IMG/VR virus record: IMGVR_UViG_3300012665_001805
Reading direction: 5' to 3' (one strand)
Length of the DNA: 64,000 bases
Source of the DNA: a virus
Taxonomy: Duplodnaviria; Heunggongvirae; Uroviricota; Caudoviricetes
The notes under the pieces were generated by a model. It was not told the origin of the DNA. It searched no databases and saw only the letters and a list, made by a program, of their open reading frames with translations. The first letter of the stretch is position 1; every line of letters starts with the position of its first letter. The translations under genes were made by a program, and so were the position numbers. This document shows positions 26,283 to 36,335 of the stretch, piece by piece.

Positions 26283-27820
26283 GATTTTAAGTTTTTGTAT
26301 AAATTATATTTACCGAAATTAAATAAAAATGTACTAAATGGATATTCATGAAGTGGAGCCATATTTATCCAAACTATAGAAGTAAGAACTTTTACTTTTC
26401 TCAAATCAAAATTATTATTCTCTATGAAGGAATGTAAAACTCCTCTACATTCATTTAATTTACTATTTATTAGAATATAACAATCCTCTTTTGAGGATCC
26501 AAATAAGTTTTTATTTACTATATCATGATTGATAGTTAAATTGTGATTTAATTTAGCTAAATCATAGTATAAATCTCCAACTTCTAAATCATTAGCAAAA
26601 TCTTGTCTCCAATCTATAAGTTTAAATCCATCTTGGGTTTCAATAACGTTATCTAAAATAAAATCACCGTGGAATTGGGATGGAATACCATCACATAACC
26701 AATCAATATTTATCTGATCAATTAAATCATATATTGAAGGGATTAATTCACCATTAATGTATTCTGGTTTATCATTATCTGAATTAAGGTATTGATGGAT
26801 TCGTTTTTTGGTTTTAGAGATATAGAAATCATAACATTTGGTTTGAAAATCTACATCCTCTTTTTTAACCCATAAATTATCAGATGACCAATTTAAAAAT
26901 GTTATAAATTTACTTCTATTAACAGATTTAGAAAATAAATTTCCTTCTGCTTTTTTATATTTGTAAAAATTTTCAGTTGAACCTATCATATCAGGTACTA
27001 AACCTTTTAACTTATTAGCTCGAGTTACTCTATTGTTATTAATTGTTGAATTAGAGAAAAATTTAATTACAAAATCATCAAAGAAAAATATAGATTCATC
27101 TACTTTATCTAAAACTTCAATACTAGAATGAAATGCTTTTCTGGTTTTACTTAGTTCGGATGTGTTTCCGATATCAAACCAATTAGATCCATTTGTTTTT
27201 CTATTAGTAAATTTAACTTCAGACAACATATTATTTATAGCATGTACATCTGAGGTGTCTTCATGTCCACTATAAATAAGTTTTTCAAGTTGATAGAAGA
27301 ATAATTCAAAATCTTTTATTCCGGCTATTCCAACATATGAAAAATCAAAATTTAATTCACCTTTTTCATTTATCTTGATTAACTTATCAGCATCTAAATG
27401 TAATGTTCTGTATTGGGCTGAATCTTCTTTATGTGAACTCACAACATAATTGTAAGATGGATATTCAGGATGATAATTAGTCATTATCGTATCTGAAGCA
27501 TGGAACATAAATGGGGAGTTTATATAGTGTTTGCATTGTAGGAGAGAATATCCTAAACTACTACCTTCACCTTTATATTTATCTATTTCAACAAATGTAA
27601 AATTTCTATCAGGGTAAGCTAATTCAATAAATTGTTTAACATGAGATCCAAAATGTCCTAAAGTTATAATAAATTGAGTATTAACGGGGTAAGACTCAAT
27701 AATATAGGATATTGCGGGTTTGTCTGTTACTCTGATTAAGCATTTATTAGTATAATCTGTTAGTTGCCCTAATCTGCTACCTAAACCACTTGTTGTGATT
27801 AATACTTTATACTCTTCCAT
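26279..27820 (-). CDS. bifunctional sugar-phosphate nucleotidyltransferase / kinase (LicC-LicA-like)
   Basis: N-terminal TSGLGSRLG (GxGxRL NTP-transferase motif); C-terminal HGDFILDNVI..DW (APH/choline-kinase Brenner motif). Confidence 0.7.
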   Translation of the reverse strand: MEEYKVLITTSGLGSRLGQLTDYTNKCLIRVTDKPAISYIIESYPVNTQFIITLGHFGSHVKQFIELAYPDRNFTFVEIDKYKGEGSSLGYSLLQCKHYINSPFMFHASDTIMTNYHPEYPSYNYVVSSHKEDSAQYRTLHLDADKLIKINEKGELNFDFSYVGIAGIKDFELFFYQLEKLIYSGHEDTSDVHAINNMLSEVKFTNRKTNGSNWFDIGNTSELSKTRKAFHSSIEVLDKVDESIFFFDDFVIKFFSNSTINNNRVTRANKLKGLVPDMIGSTENFYKYKKAEGNLFSKSVNRSKFITFLNWSSDNLWVKKEDVDFQTKCYDFYISKTKKRIHQYLNSDNDKPEYINGELIPSIYDLIDQINIDWLCDGIPSQFHGDFILDNVIETQDGFKLIDWRQDFANDLEVGDLYYDLAKLNHNLTINHDIVNKNLFGSSKEDCYILINSKLNECRGVLHSFIENNNFDLRKVKVLTSIVWINMAPLHEYPFSTFLFNFGKYNLYKNLKS

Positions 27821-28151
27821 AGTTATCTTCTAATCGTACAATATCATCTTCTCCAAAATACTCACCTAATTGAACTTCAATAAAGATTAAATCTTCAATT
27901 CCTGTATTTTTGATTTGGTGTTTAGCTTTTAAAGGGATATTTATGATTGATCCTAAAGAAATTGGAAATATTTCATCATCCAATTTAAGTTCTCCACTAC
28001 CTTGGATTATAACCCAAACTTCTTTCCTTTTAAAATGATATTGATAACTAGGAGCTTGACCTGGTTTAATAATAATTTGTTTGACTTTACATAATGGGCT
28101 ATCTAATAAATTTTCAAATTCGCCCCAAGGTCTTTGTTCTTTATAATTCAT
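27807..28151 (-). CDS. cupin-fold protein (sugar isomerase/epimerase-like)
   Basis: 114 aa small barrel, G-x5-H-x-H-like pattern (YQYHFKRKEVWVIIQGSG). Confidence 0.45.
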   Translation of the reverse strand: MNYKEQRPWGEFENLLDSPLCKVKQIIIKPGQAPSYQYHFKRKEVWVIIQGSGELKLDDEIFPISLGSIINIPLKAKHQIKNTGIEDLIFIEVQLGEYFGEDDIVRLEDNYGRV

Positions 28152-28771
28152 AACGTATTGTAATAACTGTTTTGTTTTTCTTGTTTGTCTATTGTTTTTG
28201 GATGATATAAAGCAAAATATTCTACATCTGGTAACATAGTATATGTTTTAAATCCATCTAATCGCTCATGTACTTTATTTACCCATTTGATTTCGGGTAC
28301 ATTTCTCCAAATACGCCATTGAAAATCAGGCCAATTAACCCATCCAGTATCGGTTACATTCCATCCCCATTTTGCGATATGTTCGGGAGTTAAACCTTCA
28401 ACTGTATTTACTCGAGGAACTAGATAAATGTCCATTTCAGGATTAAGTTCTATAATTTCGGGTAATGCTTGAATTAAATCTTCTGATGGGTATTCATCAG
28501 CATCGATTTGAAAGATATAATCCCCATTGCACAGACTGGTTAATTTATTTTTCCAGTCTGCGAAATGTTTCTCAAATTTTCCTTTATGCCATACAAATTC
28601 TCCATTTGTAGAATGTGAACGAAGGAAGGCCTCGATTTCAGGATCACCATTTGCTTCATCATATAAAATCACTATATTGTCTTGTATACGTTTGTGATTA
28701 AGCAAAAAATGCACTAAACGTTGAATTTCTTTAAATTCATTACAGACTGTGATGGCATAACTTATTTTCAT
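28148..28771 (-). CDS. family-2-like glycosyltransferase
   Basis: ITVCNE...ILYDEANGD and DxD (QIDADEY). Confidence 0.5.
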   Translation of the reverse strand: MKISYAITVCNEFKEIQRLVHFLLNHKRIQDNIVILYDEANGDPEIEAFLRSHSTNGEFVWHKGKFEKHFADWKNKLTSLCNGDYIFQIDADEYPSEDLIQALPEIIELNPEMDIYLVPRVNTVEGLTPEHIAKWGWNVTDTGWVNWPDFQWRIWRNVPEIKWVNKVHERLDGFKTYTMLPDVEYFALYHPKTIDKQEKQNSYYNTL

Positions 28772-28776
28772 ATATC

Positions 28777-29241
28777 TTATTCAGGTAATATCCCAATATA
28801 TGAAAGAGCATCCATATAATCACGTTCTTCAAACGTTTTCATATTCTTCATATCCATTTTATATTTCATGAATTCTCCAGGTTTGCCGGGGATTGGATGT
28901 TTTTTCTGGTCTTTTTTAGGGATTTCGATTGCTCTAACAGCAGCCCATCTCCAATTTAAAGCATTTGTACCGTTAGCAAATACCATACCTTTATCTTCAA
29001 CATTAATAGTATTTGGTAACCAAATCAATCCTGTTTTAGTATCAGTCCAAGCTAAATCTTTATACAACTCAGGTAATGTTTCCATTTGTTGTTTATAGAA
29101 TTCATGGTCTTCAGTCATAAATGAGTTAGTCCAGAATCCACATGAAATACTCATGTAAGTGTAAATTTCAGGGGCAACTTGTACTTTATAGCACAAGTCA
29201 CCTCCAGATTTAGGGCAATTTATAATTTCTTCGTGTTGCAT
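28777..29241 (-). CDS. hypothetical protein
   Basis: 154 aa. Confidence 0.3.
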   Translation of the reverse strand: MQHEEIINCPKSGGDLCYKVQVAPEIYTYMSISCGFWTNSFMTEDHEFYKQQMETLPELYKDLAWTDTKTGLIWLPNTINVEDKGMVFANGTNALNWRWAAVRAIEIPKKDQKKHPIPGKPGEFMKYKMDMKNMKTFEERDYMDALSYIGILPE

Positions 29242-30530
29242 TATTCTACTGGTTTTAGTTTTGGTAGTTCAATTTTTTTCAATTTAGGTAATTGCAATTG
29301 AACTTGTTTTGGAAATTCAGGAATTTTATTTGTAAATACTTCATCCAATTTAGCTTTCATAGCTTCAAATGAGAATTTAGTTCTACTTTGGAAACCTTGA
29401 CGCTTTGCATTGTCAGTATAGTTTTTATAATTTTCAAATACATCTTTTAAGTAATGACCTACATTTCCATGATCTACACTAAACCATTCTGCATCTGCTA
29501 ATAACATATTATTTGCAGCTGATGGGTGTACTTTAGTCAGTATACCTGGTAGAAGTGTTACAAATTCTGGGTTTAAGTAATCTGTATGACCACTCCAATT
29601 TGTTGTAATTAGTGGTTTGTTTGTTAATGAGAACTCAAGTAATGGTCGACCAAATCCTTCTCCTTTAGTTAAGTTAATCATTGCTTTAACCTTAGAGTGA
29701 TTATAAATCTCATTCATCTCAGCATCAGTAAATTCACCATGTAACAAATATACATTTGGTAAGTTGTTTGAATTAACTGTATCTTTAATCATTTGGATAC
29801 GTCTAATCAATTCATCTCTATCCATATAAGACGAACCTACTTGTGATGTTTTTAGGATTAATGCTGGTTTTTTGCTTTTATTTTTAAACGTTTCATAAAA
29901 CGCTTTTACCAACAAACCTACATTTTTTCTATCTTCACCTAATTGTCCTTGCATCCAGTGACCTACAAACAAATAAGCAAATTCTTCTTTTACATTAGAT
30001 AAATCAAATGTTGATTTTACTGGTTTATATACATCCGTATTAGCACCTTCAAAAATAACTTCACCATCACCTTTCCATTCAATATATCCTACTGTTTGGT
30101 TTGTTTGTTGATCACGTTTTTCAAATTTACTATCTTTTAATACTTTAATAGTATGTTCAGATGAACCTAAAATCAAATTCATACGTTCACAACCTTCAAC
30201 CCATTCTGCAGGGGCAATTGTTGTTTCAATACCTGCGGTACATCCAATGTTATATTTTCCAATTGGTTGGAATTCATTTGGAACTGTAATCTGCATCCAA
30301 ATTTCTGGTTGGGATGGTAATTGTGGGGAACTTAATAAATGTTTTACTAAAAATTCCCATTCAGGATTATCTTTAATAAATCCTTTAGGAGTAGCACCCC
30401 ATCGTTGAGGTAAAACTTTTACTTCATATTTATCTAATTCAATAATCGCTTTAACGATATCGCGAGAACGTGCTCCATAACCTGAATAGGTATCAATGGG
30501 GCAGCTTATTACAAAAGTTGGTTTACTCAT
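29241..30530 (-). CDS. GT-B fold glycosyltransferase (GT4-like)
   Basis: C-terminal TKGEGFGRPLLEFSLTNKPLITTNWSG = E-x7-E GT4 motif. Confidence 0.7.
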   Translation of the reverse strand: MSKPTFVISCPIDTYSGYGARSRDIVKAIIELDKYEVKVLPQRWGATPKGFIKDNPEWEFLVKHLLSSPQLPSQPEIWMQITVPNEFQPIGKYNIGCTAGIETTIAPAEWVEGCERMNLILGSSEHTIKVLKDSKFEKRDQQTNQTVGYIEWKGDGEVIFEGANTDVYKPVKSTFDLSNVKEEFAYLFVGHWMQGQLGEDRKNVGLLVKAFYETFKNKSKKPALILKTSQVGSSYMDRDELIRRIQMIKDTVNSNNLPNVYLLHGEFTDAEMNEIYNHSKVKAMINLTKGEGFGRPLLEFSLTNKPLITTNWSGHTDYLNPEFVTLLPGILTKVHPSAANNMLLADAEWFSVDHGNVGHYLKDVFENYKNYTDNAKRQGFQSRTKFSFEAMKAKLDEVFTNKIPEFPKQVQLQLPKLKKIELPKLKPVE

Positions 30531-30539
30531 AACTATTTT

Positions 30540-31979
30540 TTAATATACAAATTTGTGATTAATTGTTGGTTCTTTAACGTCATTAACGTTGATTAACTCA
30601 TATTTTTCTCGCGGAATCCACGTGTTAAATAATTGATCTATCGCCATAATTGCTTTAATTCCCATATCTTCTGCTGTAAAACCTACGTCATTAATAGCCC
30701 AATGTCTACCTGTTTGACCAAGTTCTTTACGTTCTGCTCTATCCAAAGCATATACTTTACCAATTTGAACAGCTGCATCTTCTGCATTACATCTATCGTC
30801 CCAAATATATGGAGTTTTAGGAGAACCTTGCATTGAACGGTTAGTTGGGAATACTGGGAATGCCCATACACCATGATTTTTATATCGTCCTGTATGGTTT
30901 GAAGGGATTTCTGGAGTTGGTGTGTACCAATTTCCAAATTCATCTTCAAATCCCATTTGATCTTGCATACCACCTGTTACGTTAGCGATAATAACAGTTC
31001 CTGCTAAAATTGCTTCTGTTAATGATAGACCCCATCCTTCATTTGATGTTAATAAGATTTGAGCATCTGCAATATTATACAATTGATTCAATTGTTTAGT
31101 ATCTAATTTATTTTGAGAGAAATAAATAGCATTTGGGTAATCAGGGAATAATACTTTACGTACTGCTTCTAAATCAGTTCCATGTTCACTTACTATCTCA
31201 GTATGCATAATCATAGCACATTTAGCTGCTTTTTCTTTAGGTAATGTATCTAAGAAAATTTTAAAGGCAAGCATTGTATCAGGAATTTGTTTACGTCTGA
31301 TGTTTCTTGAATTGAAAAATACAACAAAATCTTTTTCTTTACCTCCAAATAAAGTAGATTTGAATTGCTCAAGTTCTTTCAATTCATCTTCTTTTTCAAT
31401 TGGGTAATACATTTCATGATTTAAACCATGGGGAACGTATTCAATGATTTTTTTACCTCGTTTTTCATCCAAAACCAATTCATTGATTAATCGTGTTTGT
31501 TTTGAAATTGCTAACAATGCATCACATGACTCATAAAATGCTTTGTTATACAATGGAGCTGGGTAGTCATCCCAAATATTTAAATAAATAATTGGTGTTG
31601 TTTTTCTAATTTCATTTTCAATCATGAATAACCACTCAAAGTATCTTGGATCTGTAATCAACATGATTGCATCTGGTTTTTCCAATTCAATCAATTGTCT
31701 AATTAAATCAGCATCACCATATCCATCTACTGGGTATAAAAATACAGATGAATCTTCTAATCCTGTATTAGTGTTGGTATCTCCACTTAAATCAAAACGT
31801 TTACCTTTCTCAGGGTGATTTATTGCTCCAGCAACGTTTACCCAATTAAAATGTTGGGCTGTGTTTAAAACTAATTCGCGTGCTACAGTCGCTACACCTG
31901 AGTGTACTCGAATATCATCACAAATTAATAGGATTTTTTTCCTCTCATTCTGAGGTAGGTACTTAAAACTTGAATTCAT
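30540..31979 (-). CDS. GT-B fold glycosyltransferase (GT4-like)
   Basis: TSNEGWGLSLTEAILAGTVIIANVTGG. Confidence 0.65.
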   Translation of the reverse strand: MNSSFKYLPQNERKKILLICDDIRVHSGVATVARELVLNTAQHFNWVNVAGAINHPEKGKRFDLSGDTNTNTGLEDSSVFLYPVDGYGDADLIRQLIELEKPDAIMLITDPRYFEWLFMIENEIRKTTPIIYLNIWDDYPAPLYNKAFYESCDALLAISKQTRLINELVLDEKRGKKIIEYVPHGLNHEMYYPIEKEDELKELEQFKSTLFGGKEKDFVVFFNSRNIRRKQIPDTMLAFKIFLDTLPKEKAAKCAMIMHTEIVSEHGTDLEAVRKVLFPDYPNAIYFSQNKLDTKQLNQLYNIADAQILLTSNEGWGLSLTEAILAGTVIIANVTGGMQDQMGFEDEFGNWYTPTPEIPSNHTGRYKNHGVWAFPVFPTNRSMQGSPKTPYIWDDRCNAEDAAVQIGKVYALDRAERKELGQTGRHWAINDVGFTAEDMGIKAIMAIDQLFNTWIPREKYELINVNDVKEPTINHKFVY

Positions 31980-32012
31980 ATAACTATTTTAATTTTTAAT
32001 TAATGTAAGAAA

Positions 32013-32210
32013 TTAATCTTCGGTTTCCAAACTTAAATCACTGTGGTTGTGAACTTGTTTTCTAAAATCTTCGTTTGTTAAATAAAGGTGAACTGCTCGT
32101 TCAGATAATTTTTGGAAGCTAAATTTACGTTTTATGCATTCCACTTTAAACTGCTCAAATAGATCTTTATCTAATTTAACAGATGTTAATTGTTGGTTTT
32201 TTTCACTCAT
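32013..32210 (-). CDS. hypothetical protein
   Basis: 65 aa. Confidence 0.25.
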   Translation of the reverse strand: MSEKNQQLTSVKLDKDLFEQFKVECIKRKFSFQKLSERAVHLYLTNEDFRKQVHNHSDLSLETED

Positions 32211-32253
32211 GGTATATATTTATATTATTATCGGATATACATATATGAGGATC

Positions 32254-33189
32254 TTAATAAGTCGCAGAACATAAATGAGTTTTGTGAAAAGGACACCATT
32301 TGCATTTATCTGATGGGGTTGGTTGGTGGTCAACGTTTTTATGGCCATTTCTATCAAACGCATTTTCTACAAACTCTTCTATTGATTTGGATACTTTATT
32401 CAATTTTACTTTACCTGATGCAGGTTTGTATAATTGGATGCGTCTAATCACAAAATCTTCACTTTCGTATAGTTTACGTTTTACAATCATAAACTCAATT
32501 TCTATATTGTCTATTGGGTGATTGTATATTTCAGAGAAATATTTTTTGTATAGGACAAGTTGGAATTGTTTTTGTTCATCCGATTTTTCTCGTTTAGTCC
32601 AACCTGATTTACTTGTTTTGATGTCTATAATCTTGATTGTGTTAGTTGGTTCATGATACATTACTATATCAAGGTATCCTTGAAATAACACATTATATAA
32701 TTTAGGATGAGGGTGTAAAGATAGAGGCAACTCAACTCCAACTAAATGCCAACCGCGTTTAGAAAAGTACTTCCCTCTATCTTTAGCTAACTCTCGAATG
32801 ATAGAAACTCCATCTTCATAAAAGTCACTTAATTCCTCTGGTTTTACAAAGTGTTGTTTATTATTTGCTTTGTATTGTTTTTTATATTCCTCACGTAATG
32901 CCTCTTGAAGCATTTCTGAAGTGTTTAGTCTATCAGCTTCAGCTCCACTTTTTTCATACATTGTGGTTAGGTAGGTTTGGATTACCTCATGTAATGCGGT
33001 TCCAAAAACAGTATGAATGGATGAGGTAAATTGTTTATGTCCCTCTCTGTATTGAAGTGACCATTTTTTAGGACACTCATTGAACATAGATAACTGTGAG
33101 TATGACACAAGTTTTTGAGATGCGAAATCAATTTGAGGTAATTGTTTGCTTTTGATTTCCTTCAATAAGGGAGGTAACTTCTTTTTCAT
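32254..33189 (-). CDS. PD-(D/E)xK nuclease with Cas4/RecB-like cysteine cluster
   Basis: GYLDIVMY...IIDIKTSK (D...D/E-x-K) and CPKKW ... CKWCPFHKTHLC four-Cys arrangement. Confidence 0.6.
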   Translation of the reverse strand: MKKKLPPLLKEIKSKQLPQIDFASQKLVSYSQLSMFNECPKKWSLQYREGHKQFTSSIHTVFGTALHEVIQTYLTTMYEKSGAEADRLNTSEMLQEALREEYKKQYKANNKQHFVKPEELSDFYEDGVSIIRELAKDRGKYFSKRGWHLVGVELPLSLHPHPKLYNVLFQGYLDIVMYHEPTNTIKIIDIKTSKSGWTKREKSDEQKQFQLVLYKKYFSEIYNHPIDNIEIEFMIVKRKLYESEDFVIRRIQLYKPASGKVKLNKVSKSIEEFVENAFDRNGHKNVDHQPTPSDKCKWCPFHKTHLCSATY

Positions 33190-33221
33190 TGTCTAAATGT
33201 ACAAAACTTTTTTTAATTTTC

Positions 33222-33290
33222 CAAGGAAAAAGAAACCCCCACGATAGCGACGTTGGGGGTTTCGCCGTTACAGTTTTGTAACGGTCCTAA
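33222..33290 (-). terminator. tandem-hairpin intrinsic terminator
   Basis: minus sense CCGTTACA-AAAC-TGTAACGG then GAAACCCCCA...TGGGGGTTTC followed by TTTTT. Confidence 0.6.
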
Positions 33291-33293
33291 ATA

Positions 33294-33527
33294 TTATTTA
33301 ATGATACCTGCTCTTACTTGCATCATTCGAATTTCATCAATGTTTTCTTGAGACCCAATAATTGAATCATAATCATCCATTGTTAATGTTTTACCTGAAG
33401 AAGCTAATGAAATAATGTTTTCTGCTACATCATGTAAATCCATGTCTGTTTGAGCATCTTCTCTAGCATATTCGAGTAAACGAATAAACAAAGGAACATC
33501 TACTGAAATTATATCTTTTGGGTTCAT
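33294..33527 (-). CDS. hypothetical protein
   Basis: 77 aa. Confidence 0.3.
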   Translation of the reverse strand: MNPKDIISVDVPLFIRLLEYAREDAQTDMDLHDVAENIISLASSGKTLTMDDYDSIIGSQENIDEIRMMQVRAGIIK

Positions 33528-33528
33528 A

Positions 33529-33870
33529 TTAGTAGTTGTTTGATTCTTCTACATCTTCACCTTCTTCAACTTCTTCACCTTCTTTGATTTCCTCTTCTTC
33601 TTCCTCGTTGATATCTTTAATGTCGTCTCTTTCTCGGTTAGGTTTTACTTCGTAACGCTCACCTAAGAAATGCTCAAATGCCATTTCGTAATCTGTTTTA
33701 TCACGTGGTGGGATTTGGTTGATAGCTCCAATTCCAACAATTCCTCCGATCATTGATTCATTTAAAGATGCTTTATCTGCTTCTTCAATTTCTTTATTGA
33801 TAACAGCTTGATATTCACTTTCAGTGATTACACCTGCTAACATTTGCATACGTAATTGTTCTTTTGTCAT
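33529..33870 (-). CDS. acidic hypothetical protein
   Basis: 113 aa, C-terminal EEEEEEIKEGEEVEEGEDVEE. Confidence 0.35.
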   Translation of the reverse strand: MTKEQLRMQMLAGVITESEYQAVINKEIEEADKASLNESMIGGIVGIGAINQIPPRDKTDYEMAFEHFLGERYEVKPNRERDDIKDINEEEEEEIKEGEEVEEGEDVEESNNY

Positions 33871-33892
33871 TTTGAGTATTTTATTATAAATA

Positions 33893-34153
33893 TTATAAAC
33901 CTTTTGTTTCTACGGTTTTTTTCAGTTTTTCCAAATACAATATGGCATCCATATGTTCTTGTTTAGCATGTTCAATCCATTCTAAAATAGATAAATCTTC
34001 ACGATCTAAATCTGTGTTGTATTTTTGTTTTCCAAATGCTGCTCTATCAACAAATTGGTCTATAATAGAATCTACAATAGAATCGGTTCTTTTAATTGTT
34101 CGAGTAAGTAGTGATTCAAATTTTGGTCTTCCGACATCTGTGTTTCTGGTCAT
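33893..34153 (-). CDS. hypothetical protein
   Basis: 86 aa. Confidence 0.3.
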   Translation of the reverse strand: MTRNTDVGRPKFESLLTRTIKRTDSIVDSIIDQFVDRAAFGKQKYNTDLDREDLSILEWIEHAKQEHMDAILYLEKLKKTVETKGL

Positions 34154-34581
34154 TGTTTTAATAGCTTTTCGGTTTCTTTCTCATCGACACCCATTTTCCA
34201 AAGAATATCCCTTAAACCGTATATTCTTAAAATGTCAATATATTCTTCGGCTTCGCCTAAACCGCATTCAAAATATTTTGCTACGTACTCTACTAACGTT
34301 GCAGGCTGTTTCTTGTTTCTTGACTTGATGTATTTCAAGAAAACCTTAGTTTTTGGGATCATTTCTCTATAAATTGTATATGTTTGTTGTTTGTTCTCGT
34401 AAGGTAGAGTTTGAACAAAATTAGCTAATTCAACATAATTTATATTCATAGATACATATCGATGTATCATGTAAGAATTCCATTTATCCCAAGAATCCTC
34501 TGAAATGTTTTCAATAGGTGTTTTATAGAGGGTGATCTCATTCAACCACCCCCAAATATCTTTTATCTGTTTCTTAGACAT
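34150..34581 (-). CDS. hypothetical protein
   Basis: 143 aa. Confidence 0.3.
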   Translation of the reverse strand: MSKKQIKDIWGWLNEITLYKTPIENISEDSWDKWNSYMIHRYVSMNINYVELANFVQTLPYENKQQTYTIYREMIPKTKVFLKYIKSRNKKQPATLVEYVAKYFECGLGEAEEYIDILRIYGLRDILWKMGVDEKETEKLLKQ

Positions 34582-34819
34582 CTAAAGTAATATCTTTATA
34601 TTCATCACGAATATCCTTCGGAAGTGAATCTACTAAGATTTTTTTAGATTCCAAATCATAGAATACAGGAATAGGCATAAGCATATCTTCATCTGATCCC
34701 ATTAAAAATTTAGATACTTTACGGATCACTACTGCTTGTCCGAATAATTTACCTCCATCATGTCCTTCTACTGATGTAGTGTTTTTGAAATCAATGTTCA
34801 ATTGTGGTTGTTCTTGCAT
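34574..34819 (-). CDS. hypothetical protein
   Basis: 81 aa. Confidence 0.3.
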   Translation of the reverse strand: MQEQPQLNIDFKNTTSVEGHDGGKLFGQAVVIRKVSKFLMGSDEDMLMPIPVFYDLESKKILVDSLPKDIRDEYKDITLDV

Positions 34820-35028
34820 TTGTTTTATTTATTTGTTTAACTTATCTTTTCTATATTCATAAAAGTCGTGAATGAATCCTGCTGCTACAATTAAATTCAT
34901 TCCCATAGACATTATTACTTCATGTATATCAGCATAAATGGTTGTCATTAAGTGGATATGTCCTATTGTCCAAAAAGGTACGGCTAAATTTTGTGATACC
35001 CACGAGAGACTGTATTTGAAGAAATATT

Positions 35029-35937
35029 TCATAGTACTTCTAATATTTTAGCAATTGCACTCATCACATTAATTTCTTTATCAATTCGGAAATTTGCTTG
35101 ATACAAATGCTCGTTTAAAATAATTGCGATTGATCCTTCCTTACCAGGAGCGTATTTGGGAGCGTATTCAAATAAGTTACGGTATAGTTCCTCAAAATCC
35201 TTAACGTTTGAATCTGCTATAATCTGTCTAATAGTAAGCCATTTTTTACCACCTGCTAGCTCTTTCAATACATCTTTGATGTAGTTGTTTGAGGTCAAAA
35301 CTGTTCCATCAAGTACAACAGCATCATCCTTTACAGACATTTGAATTACATTCAACATCTTTCTCATGTCAGGGTAATACTGTAGAATCAATGATTTGAT
35401 GTCTTCTTGTTCGTATGACAAATCTAATTGATCAGCTAAAATCCAAGTTAAATGGTTGTACACATCCATTTTTGTTGGTGGTACAATCTTAAGTACCTGA
35501 CAACGTGATTGGAGTGGATCAATAATTCGCTCAATAAAGTTACAAGTTAAGATAAATCGAGTTGAGCGAGAAAAGGTTTCAATTACATTTCGAAGAGCGG
35601 CTTGTCCCTGAATTGTGATGAAATCTGCTTCATCTAGGATTACTACTTTAACACCTTTCCAAGATGCAGCACTAGCGAATCCCTTTACTTTCTCTCGAAT
35701 AGTATCGATTCCATTTTCATCAGATGCGTTTATATAAAGATAATCGCAGTCTAGATTTTTAACGATAATTTTTGCTAGGGTAGTTTTACCTGTACCTGCA
35801 GGACCATAAAAGATAAAGTTTTGGATATCACCTTGGTCTAGGTACTTTTGTATTGTCTCTTTAATGTTTTCGTTACCAACATAGTATTGTAGTTCGGTAG
35901 GACGAAAACGTTCTACATATAACGTATTTTCTTTCAT
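35029..35937 (-). CDS. clamp-loader AAA+ ATPase (RFC small-subunit/T4 gp44-like)
   Basis: Walker A YGPAGTGKTT, Walker B ILDEAD, SRC-like SRSTRFILTCN...LQSRC; start probably at internal Met (MKENTLY) because a terminator hairpin overlaps the upstream Met. Confidence 0.8.
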   Translation of the reverse strand: MKENTLYVERFRPTELQYYVGNENIKETIQKYLDQGDIQNFIFYGPAGTGKTTLAKIIVKNLDCDYLYINASDENGIDTIREKVKGFASAASWKGVKVVILDEADFITIQGQAALRNVIETFSRSTRFILTCNFIERIIDPLQSRCQVLKIVPPTKMDVYNHLTWILADQLDLSYEQEDIKSLILQYYPDMRKMLNVIQMSVKDDAVVLDGTVLTSNNYIKDVLKELAGGKKWLTIRQIIADSNVKDFEELYRNLFEYAPKYAPGKEGSIAIILNEHLYQANFRIDKEINVMSAIAKILEVL

Positions 35938-35949
35938 AACCTTAATATA

Positions 35950-35975
35950 CAAAAAAAGCTTGCACTAGGCAAGCT
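35950..35975 (-). terminator. hairpin AGCTTGC-ACTAG-GCAAGCT + T7 (minus sense), followed by TATATTAAGG promoter-like motif
   Basis: perfect 7-bp stem then T-run on minus strand. Confidence 0.5.
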
Positions 35976-35981
35976 CTTTAT

Positions 35982-36335
35982 TTAAATATTTTTTGCTCTA
36001 TAATAAGCTTTTTCTAGGGGATTTGAATTTCTACCTGCATCACCTACTGCAACTTGATACATCGGGTCATTCATTAATTCATCCATCATTGCTTTTACTT
36101 TAGCTAGATAAGCAGGGTATGCTTCTGAAATTTTAATCAATTCTGCTTTTTCTTCTGGGGTGTCAAAGAAACGGGATAAATTTCCTCTACCTTCTGCTTC
36201 TAACTCGTCTGCAAGTTCTTGGGTAAATAAACCAACTTGAGAGATCATTTGTCCTGCTGTATCATAAAGTACATATCCTGCAGCTTCGTTTAGCTTGTTT
36301 TCAGCTAAGTATTTTTTTAAATCGAAATTATCCAT
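35982..36335 (-). CDS. hypothetical protein
   Basis: 117 aa. Confidence 0.3.
   Translation of the reverse strand: MDNFDLKKYLAENKLNEAAGYVLYDTAGQMISQVGLFTQELADELEAEGRGNLSRFFDTPEEKAELIKISEAYPAYLAKVKAMMDELMNDPMYQVAVGDAGRNSNPLEKAYYRAKNI

Noticed and set aside
30683-30973. 96-aa minus-strand ORF nested in the GT4-like gene 30540-31979
   Set aside because: Nested alternate frame without features.
35945-35954. AATATACAAA motif at the annotated start of the clamp-loader ORF as a promoter copy
   Set aside because: It overlaps the ORF's first annotated codons. More likely the true start is the internal Met at 35937 and the motif/hairpin are upstream signals, but spacing (~10 nt) is shorter than the other copies, so not listed as a separate promoter feature.
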